A stretch of DNA of 62,103 nt, filler included, from Dehalococcoidia bacterium (GCA_040882355.1; 3 parts of 3 records of this genome joined end to end with filler, not necessarily neighbours in it); one strand, 5' to 3'. Shown: positions 22,925 through 32,557, numbered from the whole stretch's first letter. Numbers and translations are program-made. Notes: a model not told the origin generated them from the letters alone.

Positions 22925-23209
22925 ATGGGCACCCCGGCTTCAGAGGTCTCGCTGCGCGGCCGACTAGGCGCCTACTCGCTCCACGCCACCCACGATCCCC
23001 GAGAGACGACCGCGAAGGCGCGGGCGACCTTCCTCGACCGCTTCATCGACCAAGTTGACCCTGGCCGGGTGTTGCCGGAACACGAACGCCTGCGCCGGGC
23101 GGAAAGCGCTCGAAAGGCGTACTTCACACGGCTCGCGCTCCGTAGCGCCCAGGCTCGCCGACGACGAAGCAGGAACAGCAAGACACCCAGAGCGCCACGC
23201 GATGAGTGA
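22925..23209 (+). CDS. Small basic hypothetical protein of mobile-element type
   Basis: VDPGRVLPEHERLRRAESARKAYFTRLALRS; overlaps primase start. Confidence 0.75.
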   Translation: MGTPASEVSLRGRLGAYSLHATHDPRETTAKARATFLDRFIDQVDPGRVLPEHERLRRAESARKAYFTRLALRSAQARRRRSRNSKTPRAPRDE

Positions 23210-25088
23210 GATCGCGGCCCGGCAGGTGGCTCCGGGTGCGCTCCGAACCGCCTGTGAGGGCTACGCTGGGCGAGGCTGGGTTCCGTTGGCGCTGAGAGCC
23301 GACGCGAAGGGCAAGCCGAAGGCCCCGATCGTGACCGGCTGGCAGACGATGAGCCTCGACACCTGGGAAGCGCAGCCGTGGGAGCGGGCGCTAGGCGTAG
23401 GTCTCCTGCTTGGCCCAGCGTCGGGCAACCTGGGGATCATCGATGTGGACGACGTCGGCCTCGCCGACGCTGCGCTTGCCCTCTTTCTGCGACGGCATCG
23501 CCCAGCTAGGTTCGTGAGAACCGGGAGCAACCGCGGCCACATCTATGTGATCGAGAATCAGCCAACGGCCCACAAGCGGAAGGTCCTAGCAGCGTTCGAC
23601 GGCCGGCCTGTCAAGGTCGACCTTCTGGTGCAAGGCGCTCAGGCGGTCGCACCGCCGACCGCTGGCTATGGGCTGGAGGGCTATGAGGAGACGCTTGACG
23701 CCGATCCCTTGCCCGTGCCGAACATCGAGGCAGCATGGCAGAGCCTCGCCCGAGACCTGAACATCAGGGAGATCGAAGCGCGGCAGCGAGGCACCAACGC
23801 GAACGCGCCGCCGCTTGGCGAGCGCATCATCGAGGGCGCTCGCAATGATACCCTGGCGAGCCTGGCAGGTTCGATGAGGCGACGCGGCGCTACCCGGCGC
23901 GAGATCCTGGCTGCGCTCACAGTAATGAACGAGCGTTGCGAGCCGCCCCTCTCCGAGCGGGAGTTGGAGGCAATCGCCCGCAGCGTCGGGCGCTACGCGC
24001 CCGAAGACTATTCGTTTCCTGTTCTACCTATAGGATCGGAGAAGGAAAAGAAACAGACCGCGCCTCTGACTTTGCCCTGGCGGACGGCCCGCGAGCTGGC
24101 GCAGACGCAACCAGAAGAACCCGCATGGATCGCGCCTCCCTACCTGGTGCGGGGCGAGATCACCGGCCTCGCTGGCAAGCTCAAGGTCGGAAAGTCTACG
24201 CTCACGGCGCACCTCATGCGCGGCGTTCTCACTGGCGGCACCTTCCTGGGCCAGTCGTGCGAGCAGGGCGCTGTCCTACTGCTCACCGAACAGCGGCCCG
24301 GGTCGTTGCGCGAGTTGCTGGCACGGTCCGACCTGACTGACTGTGACGACCTCCACGTACTCCACCTGACCGACGCTAGAGGGGCAGCCTGGCCGGAGGT
24401 GGTACGCGTCGCCATCGAGAAAGCGCAACAAGTAGGCGCCAATCTGCTGGTGGTGGATACCGTCTCGCGTTGGGCCGGGCTAGTAGAGGAGAACGACGCC
24501 GGAGCCTTCAATGCGGCGATGGTCCCGCTCGAGGATGCGGCAGCGGCTGGCCTCGGCGTCTGGGTTCCTCACCACGAGAGGAAGAGCGGCGGTGCGATCG
24601 AGGACGCTGGTCGCGGCAGTTCAGCCTTCGGCGGCGCGGTCGACATCCTCCTGCGACTCCGCCGCGGCGAAGGCAACACCCCCCGAACCGTCCGAATCGT
24701 CGAGGCCCTGAGCCGCTTCGACGCCACGCCGGAGCAGCTGGCCATCGAGTTGACCCCAGACGGCTACCTGGTGCGCGGCACGGAGACCGACATCAAGGTT
24801 CAGCAGGCGAGAGACGCGCTTGACGGCGTTCTCACGGCAGAACCCTCCTCGCTCGACGACCTCAAGGCGCTGCTGGGCGATGGCCACAAGGACAAGGCGT
24901 TACGCAACGCGCTCGACCAGATGGTGCGAGACAACGTGGCTCACCAGAGTGGCGGGGGCGTCAAGGGTGACCCCTTCAAATGGGCAGTGCTTTCTTTTCC
25001 TACTCCGATCTTAGGAGTAGAGAAGGAAAAGAAACCGCTGACGGCCCCGAACGCCCCTCCCGGTAGGGATGGCCCGGAGCCTGGCTGA
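23202..25088 (+). CDS. Bifunctional primase-polymerase + PriCT + RecA-like (AAA_25) helicase
   Basis: GIIDVD, RTGSNRGHIY, VAPPT, EGARNDTLASLAG, CEPPL, GKLKVGKS, LLVVDT, HHERK, GRGSSAF. Confidence 0.9.
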   Translation: MSEIAARQVAPGALRTACEGYAGRGWVPLALRADAKGKPKAPIVTGWQTMSLDTWEAQPWERALGVGLLLGPASGNLGIIDVDDVGLADAALALFLRRHRPARFVRTGSNRGHIYVIENQPTAHKRKVLAAFDGRPVKVDLLVQGAQAVAPPTAGYGLEGYEETLDADPLPVPNIEAAWQSLARDLNIREIEARQRGTNANAPPLGERIIEGARNDTLASLAGSMRRRGATRREILAALTVMNERCEPPLSERELEAIARSVGRYAPEDYSFPVLPIGSEKEKKQTAPLTLPWRTARELAQTQPEEPAWIAPPYLVRGEITGLAGKLKVGKSTLTAHLMRGVLTGGTFLGQSCEQGAVLLLTEQRPGSLRELLARSDLTDCDDLHVLHLTDARGAAWPEVVRVAIEKAQQVGANLLVVDTVSRWAGLVEENDAGAFNAAMVPLEDAAAAGLGVWVPHHERKSGGAIEDAGRGSSAFGGAVDILLRLRRGEGNTPRTVRIVEALSRFDATPEQLAIELTPDGYLVRGTETDIKVQQARDALDGVLTAEPSSLDDLKALLGDGHKDKALRNALDQMVRDNVAHQSGGGVKGDPFKWAVLSFPTPILGVEKEKKPLTAPNAPPGRDGPEPG

Positions 25089-25089
25089 G

Positions 25090-25413
25090 ATGCCATTCGC
25101 TCCAGCAAAGCCATGCCACATGGCGGGCTGCCCGGCCCTCGACTGCACCGTTCATCGTCGCAAGCCGTGGACGTACCCGACACCCCGCAGGCAATACGCC
25201 GGCTCCGGTTGGGCCTGGCAGCGACTCCGCGCTCACATCATCGAGCGTGACGGTGGAGTCTGCAACTACTGCGGCGGCGGCGCGACCACCGCCGACCATG
25301 TCGTCGCCGTCGCTCACGGCGGCACCGACGACGAGTCCAACCTCGTCGCTTGCTGCGAGCCTTGCAACGAGCGCCGTCGCCGCGAACAGGCCGCGAGGGG
25401 CAGGGCGCGATGA
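25090..25413 (+). CDS. Phage-type HNH endonuclease
   Basis: RDGGVCNYC, ADHV, GG..SNLVACCEPCN; N-terminal KPCHMAGC. Confidence 0.92.
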   Translation: MPFAPAKPCHMAGCPALDCTVHRRKPWTYPTPRRQYAGSGWAWQRLRAHIIERDGGVCNYCGGGATTADHVVAVAHGGTDDESNLVACCEPCNERRRREQAARGRAR

Positions 25414-25509
25414 GGGTAGGGGGTCGAAATTTTACGCATCTCCCGGTTCGTGGAAGCGCGTGGTGCCACCGTGCGCGCGGTCGCGAAATTGAGGGGGTGG
25501 GGGTAACAG

Positions 25510-26166
25510 ATGGCTAGGGCCAGCCAGCAAGCAGCAGAGCAGCCCGAGCAGACGGATCGCTGGCGTTCGCGCATCGTCGAGCAGGCCGATGTCGCTCCTA
25601 GCGACCTGATGCCCCACCCTGAGAACTGGCGCCTGCATTCGAGCTATCAGGCCGACGCGATGACCGGTGCCCTCAACGAAGTCGGCTGGGTCCAGAACGT
25701 CGTCGTGAACCGGCAGACCGGGCGCATCCTCGACGGCCACCTACGCGTCCAGCTCGCGATCGAGAACGGCGAGCCCAGCGTTCCGGTGGGCTACGTCGAC
25801 GTGTCCGAGGACGAAGAGCGGCTCATCCTTGCCACCTTCGACCCACTTGGTCAGATGGCGAGTGCTGCCGGCGAGACACTCGCGGCGCTCACCGCTGAGC
25901 TGGAGGCGCGGGAGCCGGCACTCCAAAGCCTGCTCGACGAGCTGGCGTTAGAAGGTGAGGAGCTCACGATAGGGCGCGGGGAAGGGCCAGGAGGCGCCGG
26001 TAGGGCGTCGATGGGCGACCCCGCGAGGGTAGTGAAGGCCTTAGTCTATACGACGGCGGTGGGGTTGTTTGAGGAGGCGATGGCGGCGACCGGACTGATG
26101 AACCGGGGCGATGCGTTGGAGGCCGTCTGCCGTGCCTACCTCGGCAAGAGCGAAGCGCGACAATAG
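25510..26166 (+). CDS. ParB/Srx-like N-terminal domain protein
   Basis: LMPHPENWRLH, GWVQNVVVN, ILDGHLRV. Confidence 0.85.
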   Translation: MARASQQAAEQPEQTDRWRSRIVEQADVAPSDLMPHPENWRLHSSYQADAMTGALNEVGWVQNVVVNRQTGRILDGHLRVQLAIENGEPSVPVGYVDVSEDEERLILATFDPLGQMASAAGETLAALTAELEAREPALQSLLDELALEGEELTIGRGEGPGGAGRASMGDPARVVKALVYTTAVGLFEEAMAATGLMNRGDALEAVCRAYLGKSEARQ

Positions 26167-26707
26167 CACCCTCCGCCGGAAGGTCGGGCTGCGGCTGGCG
26201 CTCCTGCGCGAGCTCGCGGATGAGCCGGTCGTGATGGAGACCCACGGCGGCTATGGCGCGATCTGGCGCCGCTGCTACAGCCAGGTCGAGCGCGGAATCG
26301 TGTTCGAGAGCGACGAGGCCCGGGCGCAGGCGCTCGCCGTCCAGCGGCCGACCTGGGCCGTCTACGAGGCGAAGTGTGAGACGGCGCTCGAGGCCGGCGT
26401 CGGTGCGCACCTGCCGGTCAACTTCCTCGACCTCGACCCCTACGGCGACCCGTGGCCGGCGCTCAGGGCGTTCTTCTTGAGCGACCGGCCGCGTCCGGAT
26501 ACGATGGCCGTCGCGGTGAATGACGGGCTAAGGCAGGCGCTCCGCCGCAACATCGGGTGGAACGCGCGGTCGGTGGCGACGGCGGTCCGCAAGTACGGGA
26601 ACACAGCGCTCCACGGCGTCTACCTGGAAGCGTGCCGCGAGCAGCTCGAGGAGCTGGCGGGCGCCGCGAGGTACCGGCTCGATGGCTGGACGGGGTACTA
26701 CTGCGGC
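26132..26707 (+). CDS. SAM-dependent methyltransferase-like protein (3' truncated)
   Basis: VVMETHGGYG (motif I-like), FLDLDPYG (motif IV-like); GGAGG before GTG. Confidence 0.6.
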
Positions 26708-26807
26708 NNNNNNNNNNNNNNNNNNNNNNNNNNNNNNNNNNNNNNNNNNNNTTAATTAATTAANNNNNNNNNNNNNNNNNNNNNNNNNNNNNNNNNNNNN
26801 NNNNNNN
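26708..26807. other. Artificial contig linker
   Basis: N run, TTAATTAATTAA, N run. Confidence 0.99.
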
Positions 26808-26860
26808 GGGGGGACACCCCCCAGACCCCCCGGCATGGGGCGCTGCCCCCTGCACCCCCG
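26808..26860. repeat. G/C-run interspersed-repeat-like sequence at contig start
   Basis: GGGGGGACACCCCCCAGACCCCCCGGCATGGGGCGCTGCCCCCTGCACCCCC with short hairpins; single copy in window. Confidence 0.55.
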
Positions 26861-27012
26861 TTCTTCAGCCGTCGCGGGATAACGCGAAGGGGTGTCTGGC
26901 ACGGGAAGCGTGGCGATGACTCCCCAGCGATTGACTCGCCCCGGCAATGGGCACATACTGGCACCAGCGGACGGACCTGCCAGGGAACGGCAAGACCTCT
27001 ACGGAGGACAGC

Positions 27013-27693
27013 ATGGCTGCTATGAATGAGTGCCTCTCCTGCAAGCGGGACCGCGGCCCCGGCCGCTTCTGTCAGTTCTGCGGCGTCTTTGCGCTCGACC
27101 CCGAGGGGACGGTCGTGATGGCCAGCCGCCTGTCGCGGTTGGGCGCTGCGATCGTCAACGTAGTGCTCATGTTCCTGACGCTCTTCATTGGCTGGGTGAT
27201 CTGGTGGTTCATCGTCGCCCCCCGCGGGCAGAACCCGGGCAAGGCGGTCGTCGGGCTGCGCGTGATCAAGACGAACGGCGAGGCGGCCACGACGGGCACG
27301 ATGTTCGTGCGCGGCTTGGTCGGCCTCGTCCTGGGTAATGCCATACCGATCCCCATCGACAGCGCGTGGCTACTGTGGGACCGCGACGCGCAGACGTTAC
27401 ACGACAAGCTCGTCGATACCGTCGTGGTGAAGGCGCAGGGCTCCGAGCGCATCGTCGAGCAGGGCTCGCTCGGGGCGCCTCCGCCCGGCGTAGAGATGCC
27501 GCCCGCGTATGCGCCGCCGGTCACGATGCCCAGCACCGCCCCGCCGCCCGCCAGCTCGCCGCCATCGGGCGTTCCTCAAGCGGAAGGCGGCGTGGAGGCC
27601 GAACTGGTGCGTCTTGCGAGCCTTCGCGAGCAGGAGCTGATCACGCAGCAGGAATACGAGGAGAAGCGGAAGGCGGTCCTAGACCGGATGTAG
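27013..27693 (+). CDS. RDD-family membrane protein with N-terminal zinc ribbon and C-terminal SHOCT domain
   Basis: CLSC..FCQFC, GQNPGKAVVGLRV, QTLHDKLVDTVV, LITQQEYEEKRKAVL. Confidence 0.88.
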   Translation: MAAMNECLSCKRDRGPGRFCQFCGVFALDPEGTVVMASRLSRLGAAIVNVVLMFLTLFIGWVIWWFIVAPRGQNPGKAVVGLRVIKTNGEAATTGTMFVRGLVGLVLGNAIPIPIDSAWLLWDRDAQTLHDKLVDTVVVKAQGSERIVEQGSLGAPPPGVEMPPAYAPPVTMPSTAPPPASSPPSGVPQAEGGVEAELVRLASLREQELITQQEYEEKRKAVLDRM

Positions 27694-27702
27694 GGCGGGG
27701 CC

Positions 27703-28974
27703 CTAGCGGAGCAGCGCCACCGGGTGCTCGAGCAGGCGGCGGACCTCGCTCAGGAACTCGGCGCCCTCCGCGCCGTCGGTGACGCGGTGATCGGCGGAGA
27801 GCGCGACCTTCATCATCTGCGCGACAGCCACCTGGCCCTTGCGCGCGACCGGTGTCGGTTGGATGACCCCGACGCCAAGGATCGCCGTCTGCGGCGGCTG
27901 GATGATCGCGACGAGCGTCTCGACGCCGTACGCGCCGAGGTTGCTGATGGTGAACGTGCCGCCCGTGTACTCCTCCGCCTTCAGCGCGCCGGACTTCGCG
28001 CGCTCGACCAGGCTCCGGCTCTCCTGGGCGATCTGAGCGAGCCGCTTGTTCCCGCAATCGAGGACTGCCGGCGCGATCAGCCCATCTTCCAACGCGATGC
28101 CGATGCAGACGTTTATCTCCGTATGTCGCTGCACCTGGTCGTCGACGATCCAGGTGTTGAACATCGGATGGCGCGCGAGCGCGAGCGCCGTCGCCTTTAC
28201 CAGCACGTCGTTCACCGTGACGTGCGCCGCGTCGCCCAGCTCGTCGTTGAGGTCGCGACGCAGGAGCTCCGCCTGCGTCATGTCGATGTCCATGGTGATG
28301 TAGTAGTGGGGCGCCTCGCGCTTACTCTGCGACATGCGGCGGGCGATTGTCTGGCGGATCTTGCTCATCGCGACCGTTTCGACCGGCGCGCCCGGTGACG
28401 GCGCGGGCGCTGTGGCTGTTTGGGTGACGCTACCTTGAGTGACGACCGCTTCCACGTCGCGACGGACGATGCGGCCGTCCGGGCCGGTGCCTCGGACTCG
28501 CGACAGGTCGACGCCCTGCTCCTCCGCGAGCTTCCGCGCGACCGGCGAGGCGCGCACACGGCCGTTCGTTCGCGCGGGCGACGGCGCGGTCGCGGTCTCC
28601 TCAGCGACAGCGGGCGCCTCGGCTGCGGCAGGCGCTTCAGAGGCGCGAGGCGCGTCGGTGGTTGCGGCCGCGGTGGCCTTCGGCTCGACGGTCTTCGTCG
28701 CGACGGCGGCGCCTTCGTACTTCGAGATGTCCTCGTCCGGCGAGGCGATGACGGCGATTGCGGCGCCCACGGCTATGGTGTCGCCCTCGTTCGCCAGCAC
28801 CTTGCGGAACACGCCCGACTCGAACGCCTCGATCTCGACGTTCGCCTTGTCGGTCTCGATCTCGGCGATGATCTCGCCGCGTTCGACAGCGTCGCCCTCG
28901 CGCTTGAGCCAGCGCACGATGGTGCCTTCCTCCATGTCGGCGCCCATCTGCGGCATGACGACCTCAGAGATCAT
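27703..28974 (-). CDS. pdhC: Dihydrolipoamide acyltransferase E2
   Basis: IETDKA lipoyl motif, RASPVARK, TFTISNLG, DHRVTDGA. Confidence 0.93.
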   Translation of the reverse strand: MISEVVMPQMGADMEEGTIVRWLKREGDAVERGEIIAEIETDKANVEIEAFESGVFRKVLANEGDTIAVGAAIAVIASPDEDISKYEGAAVATKTVEPKATAAATTDAPRASEAPAAAEAPAVAEETATAPSPARTNGRVRASPVARKLAEEQGVDLSRVRGTGPDGRIVRRDVEAVVTQGSVTQTATAPAPSPGAPVETVAMSKIRQTIARRMSQSKREAPHYYITMDIDMTQAELLRRDLNDELGDAAHVTVNDVLVKATALALARHPMFNTWIVDDQVQRHTEINVCIGIALEDGLIAPAVLDCGNKRLAQIAQESRSLVERAKSGALKAEEYTGGTFTISNLGAYGVETLVAIIQPPQTAILGVGVIQPTPVARKGQVAVAQMMKVALSADHRVTDGAEGAEFLSEVRRLLEHPVALLR

Positions 28975-28984
28975 CCGATGGCTC

Positions 28985-29956
28985 CTACACCAGCTCCAGG
29001 GCCGCGTCGGCGATCTGGCGTTCGTTGGGGAGGGCGGCTCGCTCGAGCTCCTTAGCGTATGGCATCGGCACGTCGGCGCCGCAGACGCGGGCGACCGGCG
29101 CATCGAGGTCGTCGAAGGCCTGCTCCATGATGATCGTCGCGATCTCGCCCGCGAAGCCGCCGAACTTCCAGTCGTCCTCGACGACGACGGCACGATGCGT
29201 CTTGCGCACCGAGGCGACGATCGTCTCCACGTCGAGCGGGCGGAGCGTGCGCAGGTTGATCACCTCCGCTTCGGCGCCCTCCTTGGCGAGCAGGTCGGCG
29301 GCGCCGTTCGCCTGGTAGACGCTGCCGGAGTAGCCGATCAGCGTGACGTCCTTGCCTTCGCGATAGACCTCCGCCTGGCCGAAGGGGATCCGGTAGTCGC
29401 CGTCAGGCACGTCGCCCTTGCGGGCGTAGAGCGCCGTGTGCTCGATGAAGATCACCGGGTTGGGGTCGCGCATGGCGGTCTTGAGCAGGCCGCGCGCGTC
29501 GGCGGGCGTGTAGGGCACGGCGACCTTGAGGCCGGGGATGTGCGCGTACCAGCCTTCCAGGCTGTGAGAATGCTGCGCGCCGAGCTGACTGCCGGCGCCG
29601 CTCGCCATGCGGATCACCAGCGGGACGTTTATCTGTCCGCCCGACATGTAGTAGAGCTTCGACGCGTTGTTCACGATCTGATCGAAGGCGAGCAGGCTGA
29701 AGTTGATCGTCATCAGCTCGACGACCGGGCGCAGGCCGCCCATCGCCGCGCCGATGCCGCAGCCGACGACGACCGACTCCGAGATCGGCGTGTCGCGGAT
29801 GCGGTCCGGGCCGAACTCGTCGAGGAAGCCCTTCGTGACGGCGTAAGAGCCGCCGTATGCGCCGATGTCCTCGCCCATCAACACCACGCGCTCGTCTTCG
29901 AGCAGCTCCTCACGTAGGGTCTGGCGCAGCGCCTCGCGGAAGGTCGTCTCGGGCAT
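28985..29956 (-). CDS. pdhB: Pyruvate dehydrogenase E1 beta
   Basis: MGEDIG, DTPISE, GAQHSHS, LRTLRPLD. Confidence 0.93.
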   Translation of the reverse strand: MPETTFREALRQTLREELLEDERVVLMGEDIGAYGGSYAVTKGFLDEFGPDRIRDTPISESVVVGCGIGAAMGGLRPVVELMTINFSLLAFDQIVNNASKLYYMSGGQINVPLVIRMASGAGSQLGAQHSHSLEGWYAHIPGLKVAVPYTPADARGLLKTAMRDPNPVIFIEHTALYARKGDVPDGDYRIPFGQAEVYREGKDVTLIGYSGSVYQANGAADLLAKEGAEAEVINLRTLRPLDVETIVASVRKTHRAVVVEDDWKFGGFAGEIATIIMEQAFDDLDAPVARVCGADVPMPYAKELERAALPNERQIADAALELV

Positions 29957-29958
29957 CG

Positions 29959-30960
29959 TTACGCCTCGCCCTCCTTATAGACGTTCTCGTAGAGGGCCTC
30001 GGGCCGCGGGAAGGGGCTCTCCTCGGCGAAGCGCGTCGCTTCGTTCACCACCTCCTCGATGTCGGCCTGGAGCGCCTGGTGGTGCGCATCGTCGAGCACA
30101 CCTTCGTCGGCGAGGGTGCGACGGAAACCCTCGATCGGGTCGTGCTTGCGCCACTCCTGGACCTCGTCCTTGCCGCGATAGAACTCGGGGTCGGCCATCG
30201 AGTGGCCGCGGAAGCGATAGGTGATCGCCTCCAGGAAGACGGGGCCGTCACCGGCGCGCACGGCACGAGCGACCCGCTGCGTCGCTTCGTACATCGCGAG
30301 CACGTCCATGCCGTCGACCTGCTCGGCGGGCATGGCGTAGGCCTGGGCGCGCTTGTAGACCTCGATCACGGCGGAGACCTGACGGATGTCGGTGCCCATG
30401 CCGTAGAAGTTGTTCTCGCAGAGGAAGATCACCGGCAGCTTCCAGACGACGGCGAGGTTGAGCGCCTCGTGGAACTCGCCTTCGTTCACCGCGCCGTCGC
30501 CGAAGATACAGACGGTGATGCGCCCGTTGCCGAGCTGCTTGCTCGCCAGGGCGAGCCCGCAGGCGAGGGGCAGGTGGCCGGCGACGATGGCGTAGCCGCC
30601 CATGAAGAAGCGCTGGGCGTCGAAGAGGTGCATCGAGCCGCCCTTGCCCCGGCTCACGCCTGTGTCCTTGCCGAACAGCTCCGCCATGACGCGCCCCGGG
30701 TCGGAGCCGCGCGCGAGGGCGTGGCCGTGGTCGCGGTAGTGCGTGACGAGGTAGTCGTCGTCGTTGAGAGCGGCGATCGCGCCAACGCCGACGGCCTCCT
30801 CGCCGATGTACAGGTGGAGGAAGCCGGCGATACGCTGACGCGCGTACATCTCCGCGGCCTTTTCCTCGAAGCGACGGATGAGCATCATCTGGCGGAGCAG
30901 GTCGATGCGCTGCCCCTTGTCGAGCTCCTTTACCGGCGGCTTGTCAGCGAGCTGGGTCAT
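29959..30960 (-). CDS. pdhA: Pyruvate dehydrogenase E1 alpha
   Basis: GFLHLYIG, GKGGSMH, FGDGA..ENN, TYRFRGHSMADP. Confidence 0.95.
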   Translation of the reverse strand: MTQLADKPPVKELDKGQRIDLLRQMMLIRRFEEKAAEMYARQRIAGFLHLYIGEEAVGVGAIAALNDDDYLVTHYRDHGHALARGSDPGRVMAELFGKDTGVSRGKGGSMHLFDAQRFFMGGYAIVAGHLPLACGLALASKQLGNGRITVCIFGDGAVNEGEFHEALNLAVVWKLPVIFLCENNFYGMGTDIRQVSAVIEVYKRAQAYAMPAEQVDGMDVLAMYEATQRVARAVRAGDGPVFLEAITYRFRGHSMADPEFYRGKDEVQEWRKHDPIEGFRRTLADEGVLDDAHHQALQADIEEVVNEATRFAEESPFPRPEALYENVYKEGEA

Positions 30961-30973
30961 TGCATTCCCTTGT

Positions 30974-31161
30974 TAGCCACAGATAGACACAGATTGAACA
31001 CAGATGGTGTTGGCACTGGCGTCGTTTGAAGGATCACTGTTCTGCCTGGCCGAGAGCGTGACGCTGGTGCGGACAGAGCTGAGGCTCTGTCCCTACGGGT
31101 GCCCGGGGGCACCGTTGGTGCGGCAGCAGACCGGTGTTTCATCTGTGTGAATCGCTGGCTA
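30974..31161. repeat. Miniature inverted-repeat element (CACAGAT units) containing a GTAG REP
   Basis: Left TAGCCACAGAT-AGA-CACAGAT-TGAA-CACAGATG; right CATCTGTGT..TGGCTA; REP at 31071-31096. Confidence 0.7.
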
Positions 31162-31165
31162 TACA

Positions 31166-32557
31166 TCACTCGGTCCAGAAGTGGATCGCCTCGCCATTCA
31201 CGGCGAGGGCTGCTTCCTTCACGACCTCCGACAGCGTCGGATGGGCGTGGACCGCCCAGCCCAGCTCGCGCGGCGTCGCTTCGAGCACGCTGGCCAGCGA
31301 CGCTTCGGCGAGCAGCTCGGTGGCGTCCTGCCCGATGATGTGGTAGCCGACGATCTCGCCCGTGTTCGCGTCGGCGACGAGCTTGGCGAGACCCTCCGTG
31401 CGCTCCATCGCGATCGCCTTGCCGTTGCCGCGGTAGGGGAACTTGCCGACGCGCACCTCGATGCCGCGCTCTCGCGCCTGCACCTCCGTGAGTCCGAGGC
31501 TGGCGACCTGCGGCTGGCAGTAAGTGCAGCGCGGCATCTTCTCGTAGACGAGCGTCGGCGGTTCTTTGCCCGCGATCTGCTCGACGGCGGTGACGCCCTG
31601 CGCCGACGCTACGTGGGCGAGCATCAGCTTGCCCGTCACGTCGCCGATGGCGGAGACGCCGGGCACGTTCGTCCGCATGCCATCGTCGATGCGCACGAAG
31701 CCGCGCTCAAGCTCGACGCCGAGCGTCTCCAGCCCGAGGCCTTCCGTGTTGGGTGCCATGCCGATCCCCATGAGGACAATGTCGGCAGAAAGCTCCTCGT
31801 CGCCTCCGTTCGAGGAGACGGCGACCGTCGCGCGCCCGTTCGACGTGCTGACGCCGGCCACCTTCGCGCCCGTGCGGTAGGCGATGCCCTGCTGTTTGAA
31901 CGCACGCTCGACCTGGCGCGAGATCTCCTCGTCCTCGAGGGGCAGGAGGTGGTCGAGCAGCTCGACGACGGTCACTCCGGCGCCGTACGCGCGGTAGAAG
32001 TAGGCGAACTCCGCTCCCACCGGCCCGCCGCCCACGATCACGACCGACTCCGGCTGCTCGCGCCGTTCGAGCGCCTCGCGGCTCGTGATCACCGTGCGGC
32101 CGTCGATCTCGACCCCCGGCAGCGAGCGGGCATGGGCGCCGGTGGCGACGATGACGTGCTCGGCCTCGACGACGTCCCCGCTGGGCTGGACGGCGATCTC
32201 GTGCGCGCTCTTGAGCGAGCCGCGACCCTCGATCACCGGCACCTTGTGCTTCTTGAGCAGGAACTCGACGCCTTTCACCATGCGGTCGACGACCTTCCGG
32301 CTGCGGTCGATCGCCTGGCCCATGTCGATGCGGAGGGCGTCGTAGGTGATGCCAAACTCCTCGGAGTCGCGAAAGAGGTGCACCAGCTCGGCATTCCAGA
32401 GGAGCGCCTTGCTGGGGATGCAGCCCCAGTTGAGGCAGACGCCGCCGACGCGGTCCTCTTCGACCACGGCTGCCGTCAGGCCGAGCTGCGCGGCGCGGAT
32501 CGCCGCGACGTAGCCGGCGGGCCCGCCGCCGAGGATCGCGATGTCGTACTTCGCCAT
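31166..32557 (-). CDS. lpdA: Dihydrolipoamide dehydrogenase
   Basis: GGGPAGY, GGVCLNWGCIPSK, HAHPTLSE. Confidence 0.97.
   Translation of the reverse strand: MAKYDIAILGGGPAGYVAAIRAAQLGLTAAVVEEDRVGGVCLNWGCIPSKALLWNAELVHLFRDSEEFGITYDALRIDMGQAIDRSRKVVDRMVKGVEFLLKKHKVPVIEGRGSLKSAHEIAVQPSGDVVEAEHVIVATGAHARSLPGVEIDGRTVITSREALERREQPESVVIVGGGPVGAEFAYFYRAYGAGVTVVELLDHLLPLEDEEISRQVERAFKQQGIAYRTGAKVAGVSTSNGRATVAVSSNGGDEELSADIVLMGIGMAPNTEGLGLETLGVELERGFVRIDDGMRTNVPGVSAIGDVTGKLMLAHVASAQGVTAVEQIAGKEPPTLVYEKMPRCTYCQPQVASLGLTEVQARERGIEVRVGKFPYRGNGKAIAMERTEGLAKLVADANTGEIVGYHIIGQDATELLAEASLASVLEATPRELGWAVHAHPTLSEVVKEAALAVNGEAIHFWTE

Larger units (their letters stand above)
20450..26707 (+). mobile_element. Integrative phage-satellite-like or defective prophage element, truncated by contig end; left boundary approximate
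   Basis: Integrase, TA pair, primase-polymerase/helicase, HNH, cos-like spacer, ParB-like and methyltransferase-like genes, all co-oriented. Confidence 0.8.

Noticed and set aside
26708..26807. TTAATTAATTAA palindrome between N runs (also 52868-52967)
   Set aside because: Artificial all-frame-stop linker; adjacency across it has no biological meaning
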